Part shown: positions 14,801 to 26,944 of the stretch, in pieces | Numbering within the stretch: the first letter of the stretch is position 1 | Layout: every line of letters begins with the position of its first letter | Source: Lama glama | Taxonomy: Eukaryota | DNA length: 64,000 bases | Assembly: GCA_028534125.1 (NCBI GenBank) | Contig: CM052816.1 | Span: 75,890,001-75,954,000 of the forward strand | Reading direction: 5' to 3' | Translations under genes and position numbers: made by a program | Notes under the pieces: model-generated | What the model was told of the DNA's origin: nothing | What the model saw: only the letters and a program-made list of their open reading frames with translations | Databases searched by the model: none

Positions 14801-15872
14801 GCGGCCCCTAACATCTGGATTAGCAAGAAGTTTCTGCAGCTGTAAACCCAGTGTCAGTCTTCACACACAGGCGAGGGAGGGTTTTTTGTTTTTGTTTTTT
14901 TTTTTTTTTTGTCAGCCACATCCGCACACAGGAGATAGTGATTGCCATCTGTGACATCTTTAAGTATAAACCGAGCTTCCTGTCAAGACCTCAGAGGTGC
15001 TCGTTCGGTGAGCCTGGCCGCGGTGCTCTGTGACTCTCATCCGCAGAGATTCACTCAAGCTGTGTCAGGGTCTGTGAGTGGCCTAAGCACCTTCTTCCTG
15101 CCCAGGGCCCTACATACCTGCAGGGCAAGGGTCACGCCCGAGGATCCTCCCTAGGTTTGCCTTAAATGCTGGCTGAATGCATTCCAGTCGCAAGCCATCC
15201 TGGAAAACTGAATAGTTTGACCTTGGGTTTTGCCCCTGACCACACTCACCCTCCTTGTCCAGGCTGGCATTAATCGGCCCTAACGTTGCCTCCGTTAGAA
15301 AAGACATTTAGCTGGAAACTAGTATGCTGAGTTCCATAGTTTTCAAGGTGTAGACTTTTTTCTGGAGGGCTTGCCTCTTTGGCAGACTTTGTAGGGCCCT
15401 CCTGTGCTCTCTGCTTTAAAGCGAAGGGCACCCCTCACCACATGCTTCTCCAGCAGAACATCCAACCTGTGCCTCATATCAAATATCTCCATTCCTTTGC
15501 CCATTCCCTTAGGCTCTCACTCTCTGATGCTGGATAATTGCCAAATTTATCTGTGCCAAGGTGCTGGAGTCTAGAAATTCAGCTTGAAATTTTACAGGGA
15601 CTTGGTGGAAACACGGAATTGGCCCCAAAGAGAGAGAGCATTCTGGGACTTTGGGCCTTTTTTTTTTTTTTTTAATCAGGTCACCATTTGGACCTGGGTT
15701 TAGAATTCCATTATCAGCTCAGAGTAACTCAATCTGTCTCTAAATATCTTCCATTTTATAGGCTCTTCAAGGGACAAACAGAGAGATGATGAACAATTCC
15801 GTGAAGCCAGATAGAAATTGAGGGTAGTAAAAATGAATTCTTCTCCTCCCATCACTGACTGAAAGTTTATTT

Positions 15873-15873
<1 letters not shown>

Positions 15874-15908
<35 letters not shown>
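15874..15908. repeat. (CA)n microsatellite
   Basis: About 17 CA units. Confidence 0.95.
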
Positions 15909-15911
<3 letters not shown>

Positions 15912-16432
15912 CATACACACCTAGCAGGAGACTAACTGTGAATGAAATAAAAGACATCAAGAGAATTTTCTTAATTAGCTTAAATACTGATCATTACCAT
16001 CAGAAAATGAGTCAGCCTAAAACACATCTAATTGCTCTCTTCCTGCGTTGTGGGAAGCCTCGAGATTGAAGAACTGTATTAGAGAGGGAAGTATATTACA
16101 GAGAGAAGGGAAGGACAGGCCATGGTGAGATCTGTAATAATGAAGAGATGGTTTTGCCATCACTGATCACGGCATAGGTCGTTTGCATGAGTGAATGCGA
16201 GGCATTTGGTCCCAGGGGACCGGTGGTCCTCACCACACAGCCAGTACACGACTGGTAAGCACCATATTATTACTCCTGTTTGATGAATGCAAAACTGAGG
16301 AACTGGAAATTATAATCATTAGAATTAAGTGAATCATTGAAGATTAAGGCTGACTCCAGGCAAAATTGTCAGAGAGACCTTGGTGCCCTGTTTCTTTTGC
16401 TGTGCTCTTCTTTCTCCCTCTCTGATGCTTCT

Positions 16433-16883
16433 TTCTTTCTTTTTTTATTGAAGATTTACAATGTTGTGTTAATTTCTGGTGTACATAATAGTGATTCAGT
16501 TTTATATATATCTATACCTTTTCATATTTTTTTCATTATAAGTTTTTATCAGATATAGAATATACTTCCCTGTACTATACAGTAGGACCTTGTTGTTTAT
16601 CTATTTTATATATATTAGTATCTGTAAATGCTGAACTCCCAATTTATCCCTCCACCCTTCTCTTTCCCCTCTGGTAACCAGAAGTTTTTTTCTGTCTGTG
16701 AATTTGTTTCTGTTTTCTAAATAAGTTTATTTCTGTCATATTTTAGATTTCATGTATAAGTGATATCACATGGTATTTTTCTTTCTCTTTCTGGCTTACT
16801 TCACTTATCATGATGATCTCCAGGTCCATCCATGTTGCTGCAAATGACATTGTTTTATTTTTTTAATGGCTGAGTAGTATTAT

Positions 16884-16923
<40 letters not shown>

Positions 16924-17063
16924 CATACCACAATTTCTTTATCCAGTCATCTGTAGATGGACATTTAGGTTGTTTTCTTGTCCTTGGCTGTAGTAAATAG
17001 TGTTGCTATGAACACTGGAGTGCATGTATCTTTTCAAATTAGAGTTTCCTCTGGATATATCTG
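16433..17063 (-). mobile_element. 5'-truncated young L1 with internal (GT)n
   Basis: Starts with a T-rich tail followed by ttattgaagatttacaatgttgtgttaatttctggtgtac. TSD gatgcttct at 16424-16432 and 17064-17072. Confidence 0.93.
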
Positions 17064-17637
17064 GATGCTTCTGATTGCACAATTCTCTTGTTAAAACTTT
17101 CTTTTTGGGAAAAGCTCTGTTATTAGATATTTATACCTCTGTGTGAATGTTAATAATCATCCTCCCTCTAAAGAGCACATGACTGTTAATTTTTATCCCT
17201 AATTATGATATGTAAAAAATTTGAAGGGATTACCCCAAACCCTAAACTCCTAAAGGAATGACAGGCATCAGTAATTAGTGTGAATCTGATAAAAGAGAAA
17301 GGAAGATGGGAATAAAATCTTCCGTAGTATCCCCCAAAACCCATTGCAGGCATGCTCTGAGTAAGGTGAAATATCTGAGAACAAGGGAAGTAGCAGGGAA
17401 CAATTGAGGTTCTTCTGATGATGCACGTGTAGAAGGCTGATTTGCTAAGTAAACCGGAAGAAATCTTTTCATGGAGTATATATTGTGAGAAGTTACTTGA
17501 GAACCATGTGACGCCTGGGTTGGGGACTATTGATTAGTAGAATTCATGTCTTAGGTTCACTCAAAATGCAGTTAATTAACAAAACTAACTTGTATGTCAT
17601 CACACATTAAAATATTTCTAATTATTTGGCCTTTGTA

Positions 17638-17960
17638 GGAATTCTTAATCTTATTAATGCCATGAACTTTTGGGCAATCTTGTGAAGTCTCTGAGTCCCT
17701 TTGCAATATTCCTATTTTTAATGCATAGAATTAAACACTTAAAATTCAAAGGAAGCCAACGCTGTTGAAAGACATATATCCAGTTTTGGAAAATTTGTGA
17801 TATATGCTTTATTAATGCATTAAAAACAAGACAGAGTGCAAAGACTTAATGACTACATAACTTCATAGTAGTGATGAGCACAAATAATATTTCAATGTAT
17901 CTGCAACAACTGTATTCTGATATGAAAATATTTGAGATTTCTAATGGAGATGAAGTTTTT
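17638..17960. mobile_element. hAT-Charlie DNA transposon fragment (MER119/Charlie7-like)
   Basis: tgccatgaacttttgggcaatcttgtgaag...atgcatagaattaaa...caaaggaagccaa...gtagtgatgagcacaaataatatttc resembles the recalled consensus. Confidence 0.6.
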
Positions 17961-18894
17961 CCCCTGCAGTCATAGGGGGAAGGGAAGTAAGGTAACTTGT
18001 AAATTCAGTCTTGCTCTAAGGTACTAGTTCTAGGTAATTTGCTAACCAAAACTGAGTATAATCTTTTAGTTCAAAAAGAATTTGAGAAGGAAAATACATT
18101 GGAAAATGTGTTCCATTTTATGCATAGCCAAATCAAACCATAAATCTCGCTGTCTAGAATTTCAAGTCTATAAAATTCAAACAAGTTCTTAGAAATTTGT
18201 TGTCAAAATTCCAGTGGAATACAATACATTTTAGAATTTGTAATGCAGGCCTTTCTGTTTTATGGTAAAACTGAGATTTTAGTTGCATTCTCATCTCCTC
18301 CCATGCAGAACTGAGAGAGGATGACCCGCAGAGGAGCCTTGCGTGAGCCGTGCTGTAGATGACAAGACCCCATCTGCTCATGAGCCTGATCTACTGCCTC
18401 ACCCGAGGGTCAGAAACAAAGCAGATGCTGGACACAGTGGTCAATTTCAGGCGCTTTGCTGATCTATCTAAAATGAGTTAATTGAGAAGAACCTTCATGT
18501 GGTTTCCCTAGTGAGAACTTTCTTGAATTTTGGCTTTTTAAGCTGTCAAGGAGTTACTGGCTTTGGCAATTTTTATTATTAAATCTTCCAGACACCTAAT
18601 CACTAATCATCAGATATAGAATCCTCTAAAACTTATAAAATGAAACTTGTTTGAATTTCTGTTTCCAGATTTTGGAAGCTACAATCATGGTCATTTAAGA
18701 AGTAGGATCCAGTGTATTACTATTACCGATGCGTGGCTGCATAGAAGTTTACAGGCCTGGGAAAAGCCAGGTAATGAGGATGTTCCATAAAGAGGCACCA
18801 TATTTCACTAGGGAGAAATTAATCCAAGTTGCCTCACAAATGTTAAGAATATACCTGTTAGATCACATGGTATATTTTCCATGATCTTTGCTTT

Positions 18895-19556
18895 TTTTTT
18901 CAGTATTTATTTGTTTATTTTTTATTGAAGTATAGATGATTCATAATGTGTTAGTTTCTGATATATAGCATGTAATTCAGTTATACATATATATGTTCTT
19001 TTTCATTATAGATTATTACAAGCTATTGAAAATCATTCCTTGTGCTATACAATAGGAACTTATTGTTTATCTGATTTGTATGCAGTAGTGTGTATCTACA
19101 AATCCCAAAGTCCTGATTTATCCTTCCCAACCCACCTTTTCCCCTTTGGTAATGGTAAATTTGTTTTCTATGTCTGTGAGTCTGTTTCTCTTTTATAAAT
19201 AAGTTCATTTGTGTCATATTTTAGATTTCACATATAAGTAATATATGATATTTGTCTTTCTATGACTTACTTTACTTAATATGATAATCTCTAGGTCCAT
19301 CTATGTTGCTGCAAATGGCATTATTTTATTCTTTTCTGAGGCTGAGTAGTATTCCATAGTAGATATGCCACAGTTTCTTTATCCACTCATCTGTTGATGG
19401 ACATTTAGATTGTTTCCATGTCTTGGCTATCGTAAATGGTGCTGCTATGAACAATGGGGTGCATGTGTGTTTTCAAAAGAGTTTTCTCTGGATATATGCA
19501 CAGGAATGAGATTAGTTTTTTAAGGAAAATTCATACTGTTTTCCATTGTGGCTGCA
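18895..19556 (-). mobile_element. 5'-truncated young L1
   Basis: Poly-T then tttattgaagtatag. Near-perfect 17-bp TSD tccatgatctttgcttt (18878-18894) / tccatggtctctgcttt (19557-19573). Confidence 0.93.
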
Positions 19557-19729
19557 TCCATGGTCTCTGCTTTACTAATTTAATGTGCATTTTGATTAAA
19601 AAGATACATTGTACATTTTATTACATGTATGTTTTCCAATAAATACAAACCTGGAATGCTTTTTTTCTCTTTTCCATTCTTCTCAGAAGTGTGATGATCA
19701 TCAAGTAAGAGAATAATTTTGAAATGCTT

Positions 19730-19992
19730 ACATCTTAGTCCATTTAGGCTGCTATAGACTGGGTAGCTTATGAACAACACACATCTGTTTCTCATGACTC
19801 TGGAGGCTGGATATCCAAGATCAGGGTGCCAGAGAGGTAGGGTAAGGATCCTCTTCTGGGTCACAGACTTATATCCTCACATGGTAGAAGGGGCTTGGGA
19901 GTTCTCCAAGGCCTTTTTCATAAGGCACTAATCACCTCCAAAAGGCTCCACCTCCCAACACTCTCACCTTTGGAGGTTAAACTTGGACATAT
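19730..19992 (-). mobile_element. MaLR LTR (MLT1A-like), interrupted; resumes briefly at 20532-20552
   Basis: tcttagtccatttaggctgctata...ctggaggctgg...tccaagatcagggtgcca...cctcacatggtagaagggg...taaggcactaatc. Confidence 0.85.
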
Positions 19993-20531
19993 TGAGACAG
20001 GAGGGAAGAGGGCCGGGCACAACCATTGAAGGAATGACACAGCAGCTGAGGACAGGACAAACTGGTTAGAACCAAGATGGCTGAAGATTTGACTTCCAAT
20101 ACACTTTGAGCCTCATGGCACACCCACAGGAGCCATGACGGTTCCTAGGCTGACCATAAAAGGTCAAAAAGTGGGCAGGAGACTGATTCCTGGAAATCCC
20201 TGCCTTTTCTTCAGAGTAGTTGGATTAATCCTCCCACTTGTTAGCATATGAAATTATCAAGCCCATAAAAGCTAACAACTCAGCACCTCATGGTCACCCT
20301 CGCTCTCTTGCCTTCTGAGACGGCCAGCACTGTGTTTATGGAAAGTGTATCTACTTTTACTTTAAACTAAACACCTCCCACACCCTCAGTCTCTCTCCCT
20401 CTCACCTTTTGAGGTGGCCCTTCATTCTGTCTATGGAGTGTGTATCTCCCTGAATAAACTTACTTTCACTTTACTATGCCTCCCTCTTGAATTCTTTCTT
20501 GTGATGGACAAGAACCTATTCTCTGGCAACA
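19993..20531 (+). mobile_element. ERV1-class solo LTR
   Basis: TG...CA termini (tgagacagg...ctggcaaca), 4-bp TSD atat/atgt, TATA-like cccataaaag near 20262 and AATAAA near 20453. Confidence 0.85.
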
Positions 20532-20552
20532 ATGTGAATTTTGGGGTGTCAC

Positions 20553-21130
20553 ACTGCGATATTGTGATTTATAAGAAATATGTGTTTGGTCATTCAGATG
20601 ACTTAAAATATATTTCTCATATATATTTGATCTTTGTCCTCAGTTCCTGTCTCACAGATTCCCAAACCCTAGGAATTTCCCAAGTGTTGAGAGTGCTGAA
20701 AAGTGTCTTTTGTTATGTTAATGAGATGCCATTTGGAAAGCACCTAAGGATGGGGGCCAGTTGCCAGAAGAACCAGGAGAATCTAGGTTGGAACTTTCAG
20801 TGTCTCTCTACTTTAACGTCCCCGCCCCCAAATTTCCAGGTTGGTGAACACATGGAGATTCAAGGAGAGTGGCGTGCCTGGAGAGCGCATGGAAACCTGG
20901 AGCTCTTTTTCCATATCTCACCCAGTGTATCTCTTCTGTCTGGCTGTTCCTGAATTATATTCTTTCATAATAATGAACCAGTAATCTAGTAAGTAAAATG
21001 TTTCTCTGGGTTCTGTGAGCTGCTCAAGCGAATTAATTAAACCTGAGGAGGGAGTCTTGGGAAACTCTGATTTATGGCCTGTCAGTCAGAAGCATAGGTG
21101 GCAACTTGGACTTGTGTCTGAAGTGTGAGG
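20553..21130 (+). mobile_element. MER21-like LTR, 3' truncated
   Basis: tgcgatattgtgatttataagaaatat...gtcttttgttatgttaatgag...gggttctgtgagctgctc...aaacctgaggagggagtcttggga resembles MER21B/C. Confidence 0.8.
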
Positions 21131-21339
21131 GGTGGGAGGAGAGAGGCCAGTCTTCTCTACACGTTAAACTGACGCAGTGCTGTATGTCAATTGTATCTCA
21201 ATAAAACTGGAAGAAAAAAAATTTAAGGTTAAATAGGTATTTTTCTCTTTTCTAGTTTAGCTTTTCTAATTCTTTCCCCTCCACTAAAGAACTGCGGTTT
21301 AGCTCTTGCTAAAAGGAACTTTAAAATTGCAGGTTGTAA

Positions 21340-21577
21340 GCACAGGGAACTAGATTTAATATCTTGCTAATACCTATAATGGAAAAGAATCTGAAAAAGA
21401 AGATATATATAACATATATATAATATATATAGTTGCATCCACACATATATATATGTGTGTATATATGTGTGTGTGTGTATATATATATATATAACTGAAT
21501 CATTTTGCTGTACACCTGAAACTAACACCACATTGTAAATTAATTATACTTCCAAAAAACGGTTAAACAAAACAGAA
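21340..21577 (+). mobile_element. Short young L1 3' end with perfect TSD
   Basis: gcacagggaac...aatggaaaagaatctgaaaaagaa...gctgtacacctgaaactaacac. 18-bp TSD taaaattgcaggttgtaa at 21322-21339 and 21578-21595, at a TT/AAAA site. Confidence 0.95.
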
Positions 21578-21723
21578 TAAAATTGCAGGTTGTAAAATTG
21601 GTCTGGTCAGGATTTCCAATTTAAATGGCCATCAAACATAATAGGAGGTATAATTTCTTTGCAGAGCACAAATGAGGTGTAATTGTGCATTTGGAATAAA
21701 GTAGACAACAAAAAAATACCACT

Positions 21724-21851
21724 GGTCACTGGTGACATCTATATTGCCAAAGGCAGTGGGCACTTCTCTATCTTTATCCCCCCCGATTTCTCAGCAATGA
21801 TCAATCAGATGAACACTCTTCACTTCTGGAAACCTTCACCTCTGTTAGCTT
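21724..21851 (+). mobile_element. L2 ORF2 fragment, left part; continues at ~23195-23400
   Basis: ggtcactggtgacatctatattgccaaaggcagtgggcacttctc...ttctcagcaatg...cttctggaaaccttcacctctgttagcttc matches the L2 RT region. Confidence 0.75.
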
Positions 21852-22563
21852 CATTTGACCTAACCACTGCGAAAATTCATTCCGCTGTAATGTTTTCACA
21901 ATATTTAAAGCAGAAGCACATCAGTTAGGATTTCCTTCTGCATAAGGTTTTTTGTAGTGTAATGTCTTAATCATAGTCTACCACCAAATATTTCAGGAGT
22001 ATCTTTAATGTTTAGATAGTATATTAGCAGCATGCAGTAATTACATCATAAGTTCTCAAGCAGAGGCCATCTATTGCAAGGACCTTCTTTGCTGCCAGTT
22101 ATAGGCTGTTTTAAGTTAGAAAACTGAATAGCAACACTGAATACTGTAGAAATGCACTTTGCTCAGTAATACTTGAGTTGTTGCAATATTTGATTATCCA
22201 TTTGGTTGTTACAGAAAAATTCTTAACCGTAATTGATGGTTGTTGCCGTAATAGTATATTGCCTGTATTTCTACCTCTAGTAATGGGCTTTATGTGCTAG
22301 ATTTTAATATCCTTGAGCCTGGGCAAGTGCACAAGTCTTTTTAAAAGAAACATGGTTTACTTGCACAAAACTGATCAGTTTTGAGAGGTCGTAAATGCTC
22401 TTGAAGTGGTTTTTGTGAGTGTGAAACAAATGGTGAGAATTTGAATTGGTCCCTCTTAATAGAGTATTGAAATTAAGTCTACTTAATTTATCAAGTCATG
22501 TTCATGCCCTGATTTTATATGCTTGTATCTATCAATAAACATTGTGATACTTGAAAAAAAAAA
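21852..22563 (+). pseudogene. EIF4G2: Processed retrocopy fragment of EIF4G2 (DAP5/NAT1), 3'UTR only
   Basis: catttgacctaaccactgcgaaaattcattccgctg ... ctatcaataaacattgtgatacttg recognised as the highly conserved EIF4G2 3'UTR. AATAAA at 22534-22539 is followed 14 nt later by poly-A (22554-22563). No CDS present. Confidence 0.88.
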
Positions 22564-23812
22564 GACTAAAAAAAGACTAAAAAACCATTTGGTGGGCTGG
22601 ATACAGCCCACGGAGGCATAATTTGCCAACTGTGAAGTCTAGATTTTTAAGCATAGAAGGGGCCTAAGTGTTTACCACTTCCTGTTCCTCAGATGATCAG
22701 CCACAGATGGGGACAAGAACTGTAGGAAGGGAGGAGTCGGGGTGGGATGTGTGTATGCGGGCTGGGTGGTGGACGGGGGGCAGAACCGGGCTTCCCGTTT
22801 ACTGGAGTCTAGTCTCCAGAGCCCAATCCAGAATTTCTGTTGACAAAGAACCCAAGGTAGAAATAAACGAGGAGGAAGAGGGCTTCACAGCAAGACAAGA
22901 GCTTTCTCTCTGACCACCAAAAGGAAAATTGGACAAAACAGGATTAAGTGGTGACTCTGAGTTTCCAGCTTCGCTCTGGGGATGCTGACATGTAGGAATG
23001 TTCCCGTATACGGCCAAGGAAGGGGGACCCCCATTTTATGAAAGACCTGCAGGCGGGGAGAATTGGGTGGAATTCAGTGGTCAAATCCACATGCCCTTCA
23101 AGGAAGACAAGGTCAAGTCTTCCTGGTGAACCGTCACCCTGTGGACTGGTTCATTTGGGAAGCCTAGGTATGGGAGGGTTTGCTGAAAGCAAGGCAGAGA
23201 CACATTCTCCTGTTTTCCTTCTCCCTTCCTGCCTCTCCTTCATGAGTCTCTTGAGGGTCTTGAAGTTTAGTTCCAGGCACCTTTCTTTTTTTTATTTCTG
23301 CCATCTCTAAGGGATGTCTTCCCTTTCCAATCTTTAAATAAACTCTATATGTTTATTCGAGGACTCCATTTTGATCTCTCTCTTGATCTTATTCCCCACA
23401 TTTCTTAAAGCTTTAGAAATTGAATTATTCTGAGAAGTAAAGCGACCTTATTGCAAACGGAAAAGACAAGTTTTAATCTCTGTTTATTTTCTTGCACTGG
23501 CCTTTCAAGTGAATTCTTAAGCCTTCAATTAACTTAGACATTTCCTACAGGAAATATCTATGCAATTCTGAGTTTTTATCAGGAAGTTATATCCACTTAT
23601 CATTGTTTTTCAACTTCCTTTTTGGACTACGAATTAGCTGTAAACATGCTGAAAGGAATCATCTGCTGATATGCTTTTGGCCCAAAATATTTGTTTTGGC
23701 CACTTACAGGAACTCTGTCAATAAGGCCTTTAGAAATATTGGTTATGTTGTTCCTGCACAGGTGGCCTTTTCACTGCCTATTAATTCTCAGCATTTAGGT
23801 AGCCTACCAGCT

Positions 23813-23988
23813 CAGTGTTTTCAATCTTGTCTACACATTGGTAAGTACACGGGGAGCTTTTTAAAAGTGCTGATGTTTGGCTCCCTTTGAGATTCATGTT
23901 CAATTCACCCTGAGTGGTGTCCTGGCAGAGATATATTTTTAAAGATAGCTAGGTGGCAGGAACATGAGGCTAAGTTTGAGAATCACTG
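23813..23988. mobile_element. MER5-like hAT MITE
   Basis: Terminal inverted repeat-like ends cagtgttttcaa ... tttgagaatcactg, with internal ggggagctttttaaaa. Confidence 0.75.
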
Positions 23989-25572
23989 ACATCTGTACTA
24001 GGACAAACGGTCTTTGTGTTAATTGAACATGGTATTCAGTTCTGCTTCATTTCTCTCTTGGACGTATTGCTTAAACTTGCTGACCCCAATTAATACTCTA
24101 TAATATAGGGTGAATGGAATCAACACCTCAAAGGCTTGTTTTGAAGAGGATATAATTTAACCTAACGTGTCTAGCCCTTTGTAGGATCTAACAGGGGTTT
24201 ACCCCCAAGTACCAGCCTTCTTTCTGACTGTCTTTCTCACTTTTCTTCTCTCATGCCTTTTTTTCAAACTATTAGTATCGTTTTCTTTTGTCCTGCTAAG
24301 ATGTGAATGTATCCCCAGCAACACTTTATATCCTGTAATTGTTGATGATGATCGCCATGAAAAAGCAGTGGTTCAAAAGTCATGAAACAAGACCTTGTGT
24401 CAGCTGTGCTTCCCTTACTTAGTTCTTAGAATCTTTATATTAAATACCTGATTACTAACTTCAGCCTTGAGACCCTGACAGGTCTTTCCTTTTCATTTTG
24501 GAACTGTATTTGACACTTACTTCCTCTTTCTTTAGAACTAACCCCTTGAGAAGCTCTGGTTTCAATCTTGTTATGCCCCCTTTATGGTTGGGTACAGGTA
24601 GGAGGCGACGGTGATGATGATTATATTGAGGATGATAACTGTGATGTCATTTCCAGGACCCTGGACTTGCAATCCCAATATGAAAACGAGTCCATTCATA
24701 TGCTCTGAGTGGGAGAACGTGAGTTAAATAAGCACCTTTCTCCATAGGCTGAGATATGTTCGATGGATAGTTTCAGATTCCTCTTTTTGGCTGAATCAAG
24801 AACTAATGCCTAGAGCCAGCCTACAGTTTATTTTCTCAGCAATTTGTGGCAGATCATGAGACAGATGATGTCCCAATCAGATTGTTCTGAGTTCATGAAA
24901 AAGTCTCTGATAAGCTATTGACATCAAACAAATTATTTTGAAAATGCCACTTTAGATTTTGTTTTTAGTGCAGTACTGCCTGAAACAAAAAATACTTACT
25001 ATGTTGAAATTTCAATTGAAAACATTTCTAGGCTGTAATCAATGTGAATGTAATGCTGTCTCATTGCATAAAAGATGAAACACTAGATACAAAATTCCAA
25101 CTAATGGGGAAAGGATGGTATAATCAATATTTTATTCACATACTGGTAATTTATTTTGTTGTTATAGATAATGTACTGTTCAGAAATATTTTAGTCCATA
25201 AAGGACTATCCTGAATCCATTTATGAAGTGTTCAATTCAAAAAGATATAATAATTCAACAGTGATCTATACCCCTGGGCCAAATGTCATTAAAGAAATCA
25301 ATACCGCATCTTCAGCATAGAGAATGCATCACGGTTCACTTGACTCAGCAAAGCACAGTTCTCTTCCATGAAAAACTGCAGATCAAACAGTTCAGTGACT
25401 TTGAAATAATTAAATAATAACAAGGAAATTAAAGAAAAGTGTTTCTTTAAAAAGATAGCCAGCAATCTAAAGATGACCTGGTTAACTATTTCCCTGCCGT
25501 GGTTTACAAATGACTGATGAGAAAATAGTGTGGACAGCCACATTAACCCCAGGCTTAGTTTTCCAAGGAATT

Positions 25573-25574
<2 letters not shown>

Positions 25575-25610
<36 letters not shown>
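25575..25610. repeat. (GA)n microsatellite
   Basis: About 18 GA units. Confidence 0.95.
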
Positions 25611-25613
<3 letters not shown>

Positions 25614-26944
25614 CAAGGAAGGAGATCTTGGGGCAGATAGCCAAATTCCATGATATGCATAGAAGTGGAGGGCTGCCATACTTGTTGTTCCTAATATCGT
25701 CCTACACAGTAAGGAAACTTTGTTAAGCTGGGAAATCATTTTATTACTTGAAGGAAGGATGCAGGTAAGTTCGAGAAACACCAAAAAATTTATCTTGAGC
25801 ATAATGGAAACATTACTAACATATAAATACATAGATTATGCTCAGGTATTATCTGGGACAAAGTTTCAACTTCCTTTTCCTATCAATATTATTCCACAGA
25901 TTTTGGGGGGAAACAAAAATGGTTTGCATTTTAGGGCATTTGGATAAGCTAAGTTAATCTTGGTAATGAAATAATTTAAGGCAGGTAACTAGAAGAAGGA
26001 TGATAAATGAAGAAATAGATGTCTTGTTAATGTACACTTTCTGATGATTTCATAAGAGCTTGTTTTTGGCCTTCCCTAGCCAAACTGTCAGGTTCTTGAT
26101 GACAGAAAGCTTTTTCACACTCAGTGGTCTCTAAGAGGTGCTTTTCGCTAGACTTATTTGGGAACTACTCCTCGGAATCATCTCATACAAAGTTCTGAAT
26201 TGTTGCACCCACTAAGAGAGAGTTATTACCTCTGAACTAATTCCTAAACTATTATTCTGCTCTGTATCACAGCTTTGATTCACTTTAACCAAATTCAGGC
26301 AAGTTGACATGAAATGAGTCTGAAGGAAGATCCAGAACTGAGTGCCAAGTCAACAGGCAGGAAGGACAGACAGCACACATGTACTTTTGAAACAAACCAA
26401 GCCCAAGATGTGGGGGCAGGTGACTCACAGAGATTCAAAGATTCAAATGAGCCCAGGTACAGCTGGAAGGCAGCCAGTGGGGATAAGAGACCTAGATTCC
26501 AGAAGATGAGGATAAAGGGGAGAAGACATCGACTTTGGAGGAACTAGAATATCAAACAGAGACATGACAAAGTAGGCAGTAACTAAAACTGAATATTAAG
26601 AACATGGAAAACTAGAATTCAGTGGATTGGGACTTGTGGTACAATCAGCCATTGGTGAGAATGGCTGCACACTGACTTGGAGAACTGTGGGTAACCAGGG
26701 CACCCTAGAGTGCCAGTCCTCAGGCCAGGACGATGCCTGCGTCAGAGCAGTTTAATCACTCGATAGCAGATGTTTGAGTATCACAAAGGTGGGAAGTCAG
26801 ACGTCATTACAGGGGCAATCTGTCTACTCTAACATAGAATTCAAATATGTGGGGTTTGGTTTTTTTCAAAAGCTGTTCTGTTTAAATTTTTAGGAACACA
26901 TTTATTGCATAAGGTGTCATATATTCTCTTCCTCTTTAATATAT

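Noticed and set aside
20414..20953. 179-aa ORF
   Set aside because: Spans three unrelated LTR fragments and starts at GTG; a chance open frame.
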